A stretch of DNA of 64,000 bases from assembly GCA_012295275.1 (NCBI GenBank), contig CM022669.1, positions 11,470,001 through 11,534,000 on the forward strand, written 5' to 3'. Source of the stretch: Chrysomallon squamiferum (lineage: Eukaryota; Animalia; Mollusca). The notes under the pieces were generated by a model. It was not told where the DNA came from. It ran no database searches and saw only the letters and a program-made list of their open reading frames with translations. Numbering within the stretch: the stretch's first letter is position 1; each line of letters opens with the position of its first letter. Both the position numbers and the translations under genes were made by a program. Of this stretch, positions 42,432 through 56,224 are shown in pieces.

Positions 42432-43166
42432 GCAAATTACATTCAACATGATTTGTTTTAGAAAATAAACAAAACATAAATCAATCGGCCTATTAATAAA
42501 TTAAAAAACGTTTATATATTTACGAAAACGAAAATTATAATCATTTTTACAAAAGAAGCTTGCATAAAACATCAAGGGAGAAAATTCATAATTAAAAAAC
42601 TGAAGAAACAATCGCGAAAGATCAAAAAGAAAGACCGATAATCAGACTACAAAAGAAATGGGTTGGGGGGCGAGAAAAAAAGAAGAAGAAGGAGAAACCA
42701 AATTAAGCTGGCACCGCCCGCAGCAATCCAAACTCGGTTCTGTCTCTTGACCTTAGCGTCGCGTACCTCACTTTTCGCAGTGCTTTTCTCGCCTCTGTCT
42801 CTCTCCGCTCTATGATTCATAATCTAGAGAGATGTTTGCTCATTTAATGCCGTATTGATTGCTTTCCTAACAGATCTGCTGGCCTTTGATACACAGTCAG
42901 TCCTGCCCCGAGCATTTTGCTTTCCACTAGACCCAAACAGACAACGTTGTAATGGGCATCCATTTCACAATGGCCGAACATCAAATAAATCATATCAAAT
43001 TTCATTTGAGATAAACTCGCTGGTCAGAGCTAAATTCTTTACCGGAGATTGAAGATGACAGACAGTGCAATGAAGCACTAAGTGTTCGGAATTGAGTAAT
43101 ATTTGATTTTATAGGAAAATCCAATGCCAGGTCAAGTGAAAAATAATATAATTTTAGATCTATTTT

Positions 43167-43213
<47 letters not shown>

Positions 43214-44009
43214 CATTTGTCCAACTGTCTGAAGGAGGAACATATACTGAGATAGATAAACAGGCTAAACACAGCGAGGGACACATAACTGAACAGTCAT
43301 AGAGAATGACAGACAGACAGACAGACAAATACAAAAATTACTGGAAGATTCAACATTATTAAATTAAAGTAATTATTAATAGCATTTCAGTGTATTTTGG
43401 GACATATTACTACACATAATCCGTGTTCTCCAATCTGAAGGAGCTGTTCAAAATTAATTTTTTTTTTTTCCCTCAAATGCTCATGGCTTAATATTGAGCA
43501 GTTATTGCATTTTTACTTCTTCATCACACTACTTAAGCAATGGAAATCATACAAATAATGCAAACAAGAACACAGACGTGGAGAAAAACAGCTGAGTTAA
43601 TAAAATCGCTCTCAGCTTTGCCCATTTTGAGAAAAACAGCCTGGGGACTAATTGGGATGGTAACGAACCTCGAATATTAAAACTTTTTTCTTTTTCTTAT
43701 TCCCGAATTTTCCACAAAAAAAAAAAAAAAAAAAAATATATATATTTTATAGTTTTCCAGTTTAAAGATAAATTTTGGATATTATTTTTGTTTCTTTTTT
43801 TTCCTTCTTCCTTTTTTATTTTATTTTATTTTTTTTTTTTTTTTATTGAAATAATAATCATTATGCTAACAAACTGCATGTTTTGCTTTATAATGAGAAT
43901 AAAAAGTTTGAAATTAATATAACTGGGCTCAGAGTCTTAAAGAATAAATATGAATATATATTTAACAGCACTGCAACAATTTAATACTAATAACTGTTAG
44001 ATGTTGGTC

Positions 44010-44130
44010 TAGCCAGAAGAAATCTTTTGATGGAGGACTTATTTATTAGCAGCAAGGGTTCTTTTCTGTGATCAGACAGCACATACCAAATACTTTACAT
44101 AAAATGGTCATGGCACTGACTGGAAATGGC
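44010..44130 (-). mobile_element. Decayed SINE-like dispersed repeat copy
   Basis: TAGCAGCAAGGGTTCTTTT...AGACAGCACATACC...GCACTGACTGGAA resembles 34146-34200 and 23138-23155. Confidence 0.45.
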
Positions 44131-47100
44131 CACTCAGATATGTTGAAAACAATTCATATACCTGAAAGTAATGAATCTTTATTGCCGGTTTTTATCAAAT
44201 TAATTTGAATTTTGAAAAAAAGCGTTACACCATGATAATAATAGCTGATAGCTGAATATTTATTTTGTGTTTTTATTTGTTCCGGTGTTTTGTTTTTAGT
44301 TTACATATATATATATTTTATTTATTTAATCTTTTAGATTTTATTTTTTAATATTTTATTATTGTTCCTTTTGAAATGATTTGTAGTTTCAACTGGAATA
44401 ATTTTAGCTGCAAGCAAATTATTTTATCTGATGATTTCTTTTTGTAAAGCAAATAATTTGTTATAATATCTGAACTTAAAAACAAATTTAAAAAAATGTA
44501 ATATTTCAAATAAATAAACAAAAATGAGTAAATGCTTTGTTGAAGAAGTGGCATCCAGTAATGAAGAAGTCTCATAAGTAGGTTTGGTGATCAAAACATT
44601 ACAACCTTCGTTGATGTACCAACAAAGTTTTCCTGTTCTAAACAGAGCTCCATATCTACTACATAAAACATGATGGACCAGGTATAAGAATCAGCAAATC
44701 AACAGATTTTTCTTAAGATTTTTAAAGCTTCTGAACAAATTACAAAAAAACTTTTGAATAATAAGTCAACAATTTAGTAATGAAAATTACCCAATATTCA
44801 TAATATGAAGATTTTTTTCCATCTAAATTTTATTTTATTTTCAGTCAGAATAACAGAGGCCAAATATTGCCACTGTATTTCACATGCATTTCCACGATGT
44901 GTTATGTAACAGGTAAAATGACTGTCAGCTAAAAGAACTGTAGCAACATCCCAAATGTCTACTAAAAAGATCAGTAATTTGGCCAGTCACAGTTTTACTA
45001 ATTGAGTAAACTCGTGTGCTAAATTGTGTACATTTTGGCTTTTATGTCTTTTTTTTTATATATGTCAGTGTTCAAAGGATTAATATTTTACAAAAAATTA
45101 AAACAGTATTTATTTTTTCCTTCATTACTTTATTCTATTTGCATAACGTCATTCAGTTAATTGACTTTTACTGCTTCGTGACTCTTTACCCGTTTAATTT
45201 AGACAAGAAATAATATTTCTTTTTATTTAATTATTATTTATTATTTCTTTCTTTCCTTTTCATTTCACTTATGTCATCAGCAGTTAAAGGTTTCCTCGCA
45301 AACAGAAGACAAAATAATAACAATCCGAAATCCATTTCAATATTTTCCCCATTGTTGGTGTCATTATGCCAGCTGATTAAGGAAACATGTCATTTTAGCT
45401 TGTCTTGTCGTGAACTAAAATAGTCTTTCATATTGAAAAATATAAGGCTATGTAATAAAAACAATTTCACGTTTTGGGGAATATCATTAAGTCTGCACGA
45501 CTTCGGAAACGACCAGGTGAGTCATGGAAGGTTTCTGTTTTTCATTTCATGGTGTTCAACGTAAAAAAATATTGATGTTCGTTTTCCTTTATAATTGACA
45601 TTTTATGTCAGCCATACAGAGACATGCACCTTTTATTCAAGCCAAACAGGTAATGATCCTAGTGTTAAATTACAGGTGTGCAGTTGCCATGGAAACAAAT
45701 GAGTCAGATGGTTGTTCCTGCAAGTGCCTTTAAGTAAGCTTCATTGTTATAGATGAAGCATGAAAAATAAAATATTTGATTTATAACTAGGATTTAAAAA
45801 TAAACCTGACTTAATCGTGATTTATTATTTGTTATTAAAGTTGTTGTTTTTTTTAATATAAAAGTGGAGGAAAACAAAACAATTAACCAAAAAATAATAA
45901 ATACATTATCCTATTATGATAAAGCCAAATAAAAGGAAAAAATATTTTTAAAATTGAATTATTTCTAATTAATTTGAAAATTACTGTATTTACGTTAGTC
46001 ATTTTAAATTTATCAGGAGGAAATTATCATTTATAATCGTTAGTTAATGTTACATTGGACTTGTTTTTTTTATTGTTTTTTTTTTTATACTGAGGTATAG
46101 GTTTTCTGCACCTAACTCATATTTATTTATATTAACTTGTCAGAGAAATGTATACTTAGAAATAAATACAACACGATGCAAAATAAAACATTCTGGTATT
46201 GAATTTCATTGTCTCTATTTTTCCTAACGTTTCTGCATTTCTCGTTTTCATATTGTATTTCGGTGTCTCTGTTTAACTATTATTTCTGCTTTCCTCATTT
46301 TTGTATTGAATTTTTGTGTCTCTGTTTTGCTGATATTTCTGCATTCCTCATCCAGACTCCACTAACGATTTACCTTGACAATACATCTGTCAGTGGAAGT
46401 GCTTAGCAGGCCATCAAAGAGGTGATGACATATTTAGAATCTCCTGGGAACGTTGAAAATTGAAAATGTTCTGTTAATAACATAACTCCCTCCTTCTTGG
46501 CATCTCCCTTCTTTAACAAAACCTTCTTAAGCTACAGTGGACAGTGAATTAAGATGAATATACTGAATATCGTAATTTGAAACTAACAAATCTGATTTGT
46601 ATTTATATATTGTTGAAGAAATAATTGCGCTACTAAGAAAGGAAGGTCTGGATTGCAGTTCAAGTGTTTAAAAGTTCCAGTCTGAAGGGTGGTGGAAAGC
46701 AGGATCAATTCTTCTAGGTGGCTCCAGTTTTAAGCAGCACCTTGTTATTGGTTTAACAAATACCAAGGATGTGCTTTCTGCACCTACCTCATAAGGGTAT
46801 ATCATCATACTATTCGGTAGAATCACGTTTGTGAGTTTTCTTTTTATATATCAGTATTATACAAGAAATGAATTACCAATATCAATTAGTATTAAAAGTA
46901 TAAGCTGATTAATATCAATTAATTTTGTCTCATGAAAACAAGTATAATCTGAAAAAAACTTCTTTACCGTTTTTGATGTTCTAGTAGTATAAAACCACAA
47001 TAATTAACAGTCACATTATATATAATTTTCTTTTTTTTTTCTTTCAAATGTTATAAATCTTGTTATTTCAATGGCATTGATTTATAATAATTAATGGTCA

Positions 47101-48508
47101 TGTATTGTTTTAACGTTACATAAATTATTCTGAAAAACACTGAAACATTTTCCACAGAAACCTTTCTGTAAATCACATGAGCTATGTTTTAAATATTAAT
47201 AATAACACAAAGCTACTGCATCACTGAATTAATCATAGCTGATATTGCACACCACAGCTAATATAAGGATTGGACAATACAGAGGTTTAATAATAAATGA
47301 TATTACCTAAAGGTATTATATCATATATGTACTAGACAAAGCAGAGGCTTAAAAATAATGGCATTATCTGGTATCATGCTTTTTTAAATTATCATTATTA
47401 TTATGTGATTCAGTGATTTCTTTAAACACCATCACAAAATGCGCTTGTTTAACAAATGTGTGTTTTAACTTAGTCAGGTAAATGAGAAAAAGTTCAGTGG
47501 AAAGGAAGTAATTTGAACAGTTAATAACGTATTTAACTCACCGAGTTACCTGTGAAAAACAATACAGCACTGCACAAACAGAACGGGAAATGTTGGGAAA
47601 CAAATCAACTGGGATTTAAATGGTAAATTGCGTCTTTACATTAGCGTAAACACATCACATAAATCAGTATTTATTTGCATTGAAAAACATATAAAAAATA
47701 AAAAAAAAAAAAAAAGTAAAACAAAGGTTCAGATAAAGTTTAAAAAGAGGTCTTCTCAAAGCTTAACTTAACATTTGTTTGAAATTTATGCTTTTAAAGA
47801 CCCTTAACAGCAACAACAACAACAACAACAGGAGCAGCAAAAAATGATATTCATTAAAATCAGAGTAGTAAAGGAACTGAAAAAATAGTTTGGCATTACT
47901 GTTATTGTTATTGTTGCTCTTATTATTACTATCAATCATCATTGTTGTTGTTCTTATTATTAACGTCATCATCATTATCAGCTGGATTTTAAAAAGAAAA
48001 AGAAATAAATAGAAGAAATATTTCGACTCATTAGAACTATTTCTGGTGAAAGGCTAATGTTTTCAATTATTTAAGTTACTGCTGAGTGTATAAAGGCTTA
48101 TCTAATATTGACAAACAGTAATCCTTTCAGTGCTCGGTAATTTGCTGGTCGTATGATTCCTCCTCAGATGACAAAGCATCAATACTGAGATTACCTGTTC
48201 AGTTAATATATTTGCCTTTGTCATGCCATTCTTTCCCATTTACTGATCTTATCTGATTTCAGCTTTGTGTTTATGTCAGTTACTACATTAGTATTTTGTT
48301 TAACAGAGTTTTGTGAATAATGTTACTGAAATGGAAAGAAAAATGAAAGAGAATATACTGCATTGTTAAAATACATGATTTACACTTGACAGATTACCTG
48401 AAAGAAAAAGTTTCATTAACCACGAAAAGGTTAATTTCTGATATAAAATATAATTCATTACATTTGAAGACAATATGTAACTGATTTATTATTTATTCTA
48501 TGTCTTAC

Positions 48509-48580
<72 letters not shown>

Positions 48581-50702
48581 TTTTGTATGAGGGTTTCTTC
48601 TGTTTTTTTTTTTCTTTTTCCTTTTTTCTTTTTATTTTGTGTGGGTGTGAGTTTTTATAGCTGGGAAATCATGTAACGGGGTTGCAAAATGAGAATGTCA
48701 AAAATAAAATGAATTATTGCTGGATAATAAAAATGAAAAAGGCCCACAATGACAGAACCGTTTGTACGAATTAGACGGGATAAAATAATAATAAAAATAA
48801 ATGTGAAAATAAAAAAGAAAGAAAGAAAGAAAGAAAGAAAAAGACATGAATATTAATGGGATATTTAATCAAGATTAGTTTGCTTGAAGAACAGATTGGA
48901 GGGATTTACACAAAACCATTTCTTTCTTTTTTAAAATTATTTATTTATTTATTTATTTTAATGTAACGACATTTAATAATTCGCTTTCTGATATATTAAA
49001 ACAAATATATGTTTCATCGTCGCAGAAATTGTTTCGAGAGAGAAGCAAATTACACATAATGCATCTGTTAATCGAGCCGGTAGTATGAAAAGGACTGCAG
49101 TACTCCATACTGTTGGCGAGCTCGTAATCTAGTCTGAGTAGAATATGTTTGCAAGCGATTAACAGTTGCGATGAAAACCTCAATAAAACTTCGAGATGTG
49201 TCATATAAATATGTCACATTTTCTACACTGTCATTGATTTTCCTTTCATTTGTGACATGTTAATGATAAGAAAGTGAAGCGACTTTGAAAGAAAGAGCAA
49301 AGCGGGACGGATCCGAAATGAAAGAGAGAGTCGACATTGTTTATAACCGCTAATTTTTGATTGTTTGTAGATTTATTTTTCTTTCCCATTGACTTGTCGT
49401 CCATTAATTGTGGTTTATAGTACTTGCTTGTGAATATGCGATGATGTATTCGGTTTGTTAGCTTATATTAATGTGGGCGGTCGGATTATCTTGTTTAAGC
49501 CTTGCATTTCAAGCCAAGTTTATTAGGCCTGTATAAGCTTTCAGAAAAAAAAAAAAAAAACAGGGGTCAAATTTCATTTCTTTATCTTGGAATAAGTATG
49601 ATAATAAAAATGCATCACGATTAAAGAAATAAAAGATTTCTTTGTTTACAATATTGAATATAATTATTGATGCTATTGTTATTGTTATTATTATTATTTA
49701 AATACAGTTTGGAACTGATCTGAAATTTATACGCATTACATTTATGATTAATATTTCAGAAGTATAATTTACAGGAAAATTGTATGGTAAAGTTACAAGT
49801 TACAGAAATTACTGATAAAATTATGTAAAGTTAGTTGTCCTCAGAGGCAGTGGAGCTGTTGTTTCTGTGTGTATCTTCACTTATGTTCAAATATTAATCT
49901 ACAGTGCGTTAGTTATGACACTGCATTAATGTCGGTGTGGCACCACATAAAACCTTATTGCATATTCCACTAAGATCATTAAAAAATAAAAATAAATATA
50001 AAAATAAAATAAAAAATAAAAATAAAGATATTTTAAAATAATAAATAAATAATTCCAAAAAATAAAATAATAATAATAATAATAATGATAATCAAATTAA
50101 ATAAAAAATTTTTTTTGAAAAGTAATATAAACGGAAATCTACAGCAGTGAAATATATTTGAGGTTAGATTGGTACACTAACTAATAAATCATTTCTGAAT
50201 ACGCAGATATGTTCTGGCTCCTCATTTTTAAAAAATAATATATATGATAAACACATTTATGGCAGACAGATATCTTAAATACATCTGAAAAAAAAATGAA
50301 ATAAAAACCCCCACATACACACATACACAGATAGATAAATGCATGCATTACAAGAATACAAATATACACACAGACGTACGCACACATACATTAAATTGAT
50401 ACAAACCAAGTCATAATTCTGCCTCATGTGGCACAATGTAGGATTTCTTCTCATCTTGATACAATGATGATAAAAGAAAACTTGTGAATCATCACAATAC
50501 TGTTGGCAGACATTTCCTACTGTCTAATGTGAGTTATTATTGTATATTTCAAAGTGTTTACTCTTTTGATCCAAGATTAAAATGTACGTATAAAATATTG
50601 TTATTACCTCATAGTCTGGCAGGAAGTTCCAGAAAGGCAAAAGCAACAAAAGTCGGTAAAAGACAAGACCTCTTAATTAACAGCCCTAGGTAATACAGTA
50701 CA

Positions 50703-50796
50703 AGTGTACTGTAATAGGCAGTATACTGTAATAGGCAGTGAACTGTAATAGGCAGTGTACTGTAATAGGCAGTGAACTGTAATAGGCAGTGAACTG
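50703..50796 (+). repeat. 17-bp tandem repeat x5
   Basis: ACTGTAATAGGCAGTG[AT] units. Confidence 0.92.
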
Positions 50797-50900
50797 AAAA
50801 CAAGTACCAACACAGAACCATAAACAAATACACCCATGTACCCTGTAGATAAGTAGATGCATCACGCACACACACACACACACAAATTCATGAATATACA

Positions 50901-50936
<36 letters not shown>

Positions 50937-51429
50937 AAAAACTTCCATTTGAAAACACATATTTGTGTTGCTCTTTATGACCTATATTCATTCTTTCCAA
51001 CTAAAATAACCTTGATTAAAACATATCTAAATCCAATACCATTTTTAAAATTATATATAATGTGTGTGTGTAACAACCTTCAGTTATTAGAACCAAGAAC
51101 AGTCAAAAACAATCTCAAATTGCCTTCTGTTCTGCCATGGATTACATAAAAGCAAACAGGACCATTCATTAATTCTGGTATAAACGTTCAAAAAAATAAA
51201 AATTTAAAAATATGATTTAAACATAAACAACAAATAACAACAAATAAGATACAATCAAGCTTGTATGGGATTTTTTCATGGCAAATATTTTGGTATTTAC
51301 ATGCATCCAGGTGAAAAAGATTTAATATCAGTCTGAACTTTTGTCAAAAACTGAAATGACCTTGAAAAACAACCTCTTGTTTCAGTACCACTTCTTTTTT
51401 TTTTTTTTTGCTCTGTTGTCAAATTAGCC

Positions 51430-52328
51430 CCAGTGTGGTGGTTAGTTTATTTCCCAGTGTGGTGGTTAGTTTATTTCCCAGTGTGGTGGTTAGTTTATTT
51501 CCCAGTGTGGTGGTTAGTTTATTTCCCAGTGTGGTGGTTAGTTTATTTCCCAGTGTGGTGTTTAGTTTGGTTCCCAGTGTGGTGTTTAGTTTATTTCCCA
51601 GTGTGGTGGTTAGTTTATTTCCCAGTGTGGTGGTTAGTTTATTTCCCAGTGTGGTGTTTAGTTTATTTCCCAGTGTGGTGGTTAGTTTATTTCCCAGTGT
51701 GGTGGTTAGTTTATTTCCCAGTGTGGTGTTTAGTTTATTTCCCAGTGTGGTGGTTAGTTTATTTCCCAGTGTGGTGGTTAGTTTATTTCCCAGTGTGGTG
51801 GTTAGTTTATTTCCCAGTGTGTTTAGCTGTGTGTGGTGGTTAGTTTATTTCCCAGTGTGGTGGTTAGTTTATTTCCCAGTGTGGTGGTTAGTTTATTTCC
51901 CAGTGTGGTGGTTAGTTTATTTCCCAGTGTGGTGGTTAGTTTATTTCCCAGTGTGGTGGTTAGTTTATTTCCCAGTGTGGTGGTTAGTTTATTTCCCAGT
52001 GTGGTGGTTAGTTTATTTCCCAGTGTGGTGGTTAGTTTATTTCCCAGTGTGGTGGTTAGTTTATTTCCCAGTGTGGTGGTTAGTTTATTTCCCAGTGTGG
52101 TGGTTAGTTTATTTCCCAGTGTGGTGGTTAGTTTATTTCCCAGTGTGGTGGTTAGTTTATTTCCCAGTGTGGTGGTTAGTTTATTTCCCAGTGTGGTGGT
52201 TAGTTTATTTCCCAGTGTGGTGGTTAGTTTATTTCCCAGTGTGGTGGTTAGTTTATTTCCCAGTGTGGTGGTTAGTTTATTTCCCAGTGTGGTGGTTAGT
52301 TTATTTCCCAGTGTGGTGGTTAGTTTAT
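51430..52328 (+). repeat. 24-bp minisatellite x~37
   Basis: CCCAGTGTGGTGGTTAGTTTATTT units; explains ORFs 51408, 51433, 51823 and 51833. Confidence 0.97.
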
Positions 52329-52660
52329 GGCTGATGGTGTGAAGTGACCACACGTTTGTTTATCCGCTTTCTGGCAAAGCTTCACACGTGACTTGTCTGT
52401 TCAGAGTAATGAGAAAAATCCTCACAGAGCTGAAAACTCGTGTATTTTGAGTAATCATTCCCACGTATGTCCAATCTCTTGGGTATCGTTTTCACTGGGA
52501 AGTAATTAAAGTACCAACTTTGTGTGTTGTTTTTTGTTTTGTATTTTTTGTGTGTGGACTATTTCAGTAAAAAGATGAAATGAAGAGGGACAGACAGATA
52601 GATACTCTGTCTCTCCCTCTGTCTCTTTCCTACCCTCTCTTTTATCTCTGTATTATTTGT

Positions 52661-52725
<65 letters not shown>

Positions 52726-53831
52726 CAGACTGTTGGTAATGGTCTGTCTGAATGAGCGGCAGTCCTCTCTGATCGAAGTTTACCACTGTTTATCACTCTT
52801 CATCAAACATCCACTAAATTTTAAGTGCACCCAAACTTGAAGCTAACTAAATATGAAAACGATAATCGCCATCTCTAAATCACACTGTCCAGACCAGAAG
52901 GAACAAAAGAGAAGAAGAGATGACTTGGTATTTGAAATTGTTTTTATTGACTGCAAGTTAGCGGAAATCCTCCGTGAATGAGGAACAAAACACCAACACT
53001 TGAATATCTAAGTCTCCAGACAACTGTTCTCAGATCAGCTCAACTTGATTAGACAAATATTAACATTACTTTCTGTGCAATTGCGTGTGTCAAGAATAAT
53101 CAATTTCGGTTAGGGCCTATAAGAAGTGTTTTATTAGATTATCACAACCAAGGCTTTACAGCTGTCCAGGAAGATGCATAATGACTCGTACAAGATTTCC
53201 TCTTATACCCTGACAATGTTCACGTAATTGATCAGCCCAATCCAATATCAAAGGAACACGAGGTCAATTTTTCTTTCTTTTCTTTCCTTTAAAAATATGA
53301 TCTATTGACTCGTTGTGTGCAGAATAATCTATGGGTGAAGTTTAACACAAGTATTTACAATAAAGAATTTGTTTATACTGTTATTGATGCGTGTGTAAAT
53401 GATCAATCATCAATGCAAATGTTTCAAGTGTGTTCAGTTTTTATGAATCGGCTTCATTTCCTTGTTCTATGTTTGGCCAGTCTTTGGAAATACTTCTTGT
53501 CGGAGATGAAGAAAGGAATGTTCTAGCACAATGATTTAAGAAATTCTGCCATGACATTAATGTGTGTGAGATTTAAATGGTACTGAACCCAGTTTCACCT
53601 GAAGTTAGTCATCAGGTTTGAGAAGAAAGAAAAGAGAAAAAAAAACGTTCTGTAAAATATGAGAGCTGTTTCGAAATCTTACATAAAATACCTACAAGAC
53701 AGAAAGGCAAATAGGATAATACAGAGATAAATGGCATCAGTAAATTATGTTAGTTGAAACAATGATTTAAAACTAAAAACTAAATTAATAAACAAAGTAA
53801 TTAATTTATAATATATATAACAGAGTAAATA

Positions 53832-53885
<54 letters not shown>

Positions 53886-54261
53886 AAATGGAAATAATTT
53901 TTTTCTAAAATATAATAAAATAAATAAAAATAATATATTAAATAAATAATTAAATGGGAAAATTAGAAAATATGAATGATAAGCATATGAACAGACAAAA
54001 ATAAGGAATTAAAAAAAAAGGAAAAAAGGAAAAATAGCAGAACAGGAAAAAAATAAAATAAAATAAAATAAATAAATACCCCCTCCAGATTATACTGTTA
54101 CATTTTCTGAAAGAATTATTATTATTATTTTTTTTTTTTTTTTTACTATTTGATTACACAATTATAGAATAATCTGCCTTTAAATATCTGTATTATACTG
54201 TATTATAAACTAGTTCCTTGCTATTATATTCCCATTGGGGGTTTAAAGATGCAGTCTCTAG

Positions 54262-54420
54262 TCCCATTGTGAAATGCTGGGTAGTAGGATCAATCCTGCA
54301 TGGTGTATTCTTTGAGATATTTCCTATTCAAACCAGTCTGAAAGTACTGATTTATTAAAGTACATTGTGTGCTCCTTCCTTGTCAAGGCAAAATGTACAG
54401 ACAACTTCTCTTAATGCTGA
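54262..54420 (+). mobile_element. Decayed SINE-like copy with B-box-like motif
   Basis: AGGATCAATCC resembles a Pol III B box; a similar motif (AGGATCAATTC) sits at 46701. Weak antisense similarity to the 34.1 and 44.0 kb copies. Confidence 0.3.
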
Positions 54421-54871
54421 CAATTAAAAAGTAGAAAACTGTCAGCAAAAAAAAATATATACAAATTGAAAAAACTAAATTGAAAACAAAAGTCATTTTT
54501 TAAATAATAAATAAAATGAAATAAAATAAAATAAAATAAAACATCTGAAGAGCTTTTACTGGCAGGCAGAAACAAAATCTGGTTATTTTGTAGTCCAAAC
54601 CAAAATATAAACCACTTATCTGCTTTCTGTTTGAGAAATGCAACAAATTACTTCTTAAAATGAATTACAGTTAAAATGTTATTATCCATAACCTAATTTG
54701 TGACATTCCTGCATAAGACACTATTCGTAAGTTAATTATTCACTCTGTTTTTCACAAACCGAATAATTTTTGAAAGTCCTATATTCACCAGACGTTTGTG
54801 GTTTCCCCAAATAAGGACACAAATAACAATCTGTTATCCATTTTGACCTTTTTTTTTTTCTTCTCCGAAAT

Positions 54872-55921
54872 TCAGAACTGTGAAATCATTGTTGTCGTAG
54901 AAGATGTTTCTTCTGACAGCATCATGCTGCTGGGTCTGTGATAGTAATGAAGTCGCCATCGTCTGTTCAGCATAGCCTTGTACGCCTGTCTTACATCGGC
55001 ATAGACCAACCACACCAGTGGCATCACCCCCGACTTCAACATGGCCAGAACCATCACTGCTCCCCAGATCGCTTCAGAGGCAATGCAGTCTTCCTTGGTA
55101 CAGAACAGATGCATCAAGAGGCAGATGTAAAGAGGAAAGGGAAGAGCGACAGAGAAGAAGCTGGACAGACAGACAGACGACAGAGCCTCTTTTCCTGATT
55201 TGAAGTCGAAGTGCATGTCCATGAAGTTTAACTTGGAGGTGATGCTGAAGATGAAGTAGGTGATAATGACAGCCACCATCATGGTGAGGACAAGAAAAGA
55301 CGGTCCGAAGAAACTAGTGAAGCAGGTGACAATCTGAAACTTCTTCTTCCACACAATGACACAGATGTCGCCTTCAAACTTGACATCAAAGATGTCAGCT
55401 CCTTCCAAGTACATGGGCAGGACAAGACTCAAGCCAACAGCCCACGGAAGGAAGATCAGTACAACCGAAAACAGACCATTTCCTGATCCATCCAGCATCC
55501 TCGGAGACAGAATGTAGTAGAAACGCTCAACACTGGTCATCACAACAGCTAGAAGTGAGATACCAGCCTGAATGTAGAATACCGCCTCGTATGCCACACA
55601 AGCGCTGGCCGAGTGCCTCCACATTCCTCGCAGCAGACTGTCAGTGTAGAGAGGACAGCTGAACACTCCAATGATCAGCTCCGAGATGCAGACGTTGACC
55701 ATCAGCAGGTTTCTTGGCGTGCTTCTTAACTGTTTGTCCATCAGGATTGCCATCGTCTGGCTCACATTGGACAGGCAGATCCAGAGAGCGAGAAGAATGT
55801 GCAGGATGGCGAGGCCGATGTATCTCTCTGCTATGGGTTCATCTGGAACCAGCAGCGACTGTAGCAGCAGAGTGGAGTTTAGGCGTCGCCCACTTAAAAC
55901 TGATGGAATGATGTCACCCAT
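54872..55921 (-). CDS. Orphan rhodopsin-like (class A) GPCR, 349 aa, intronless coding region
   Basis: Seven hydrophobic segments. N-glycosylation site NST, N1.50 (LSN), ECL1 W and C3.25, ERF at the DRY position, W4.50, ECL2 Cys, P5.50 (FFGP), P6.50, P7.50, helix-8-like VRQAY and a Ser/Thr-rich tail. GC content is well above the flanks. Confidence 0.93.
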   Translation of the reverse strand: MGDIIPSVLSGRRLNSTLLLQSLLVPDEPIAERYIGLAILHILLALWICLSNVSQTMAILMDKQLRSTPRNLLMVNVCISELIIGVFSCPLYTDSLLRGMWRHSASACVAYEAVFYIQAGISLLAVVMTSVERFYYILSPRMLDGSGNGLFSVVLIFLPWAVGLSLVLPMYLEGADIFDVKFEGDICVIVWKKKFQIVTCFTSFFGPSFLVLTMMVAVIITYFIFSITSKLNFMDMHFDFKSGKEALSSVCLSSFFSVALPFPLYICLLMHLFCTKEDCIASEAIWGAVMVLAMLKSGVMPLVWLVYADVRQAYKAMLNRRWRLHYYHRPSSMMLSEETSSTTTMISQF

Positions 55922-56224
55922 CTGTTAAACACAATATAAAGCTTTATTATTGTTGTAGAAATATTTTTTACTTATCAGCTGTAACCTGTTTGGTATTTTG
56001 ATCTTTAGTGTTATTGGTGAAACTGATACTAAAACAATTTGAACGTCACTCCAGATACACATTTATTGTCTTGTCTATCAATATCATTAAACATGCAGGT
56101 GTGCACATGCCTCGTATAATAATGTCTCTAGTGTTTATGTAGACACACAAACATCAGTAAATATTTTGAACCTATCCCTTAAATCTCAGGTAATGTTAAA
56201 CTTTTATAACATTATCAATTTATT

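Noticed and set aside
46091-46119. let-7-like TGAGGTATAGGTT with a small hairpin
   Set aside because: Seed region differs, the 3' half does not match, and the hairpin is far too short for a pre-miRNA.
50839-50850. TACCCTGTAGAT matching the 5' end of miR-10
   Set aside because: The match stops after 12 nt and there is no complementary star arm.
51430-52328. Interstitial telomeric repeat (GGTTAG)
   Set aside because: Only a single GGTTAG per 24-bp unit and no TTAGGG tandem.
51408-52353. Long repetitive ORFs (VVVSLFPS / WWLVYFPV / KLTTTLGN)
   Set aside because: Translations of the 24-bp minisatellite in several frames.
54872-55921. Opsin assignment based on the TM7 lysine
   Set aside because: Counting from P7.50 the Lys is at 7.45, not the retinal-binding 7.43 (Met here).
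54872-55921. Biogenic amine receptor assignment
   Set aside because: Lacks D3.32 (Phe) and W6.48, so no gene symbol is given.
54938-55928. Plus-strand ORFs overlapping the GPCR
   Set aside because: Short antisense shadows of a GC-richer coding region.
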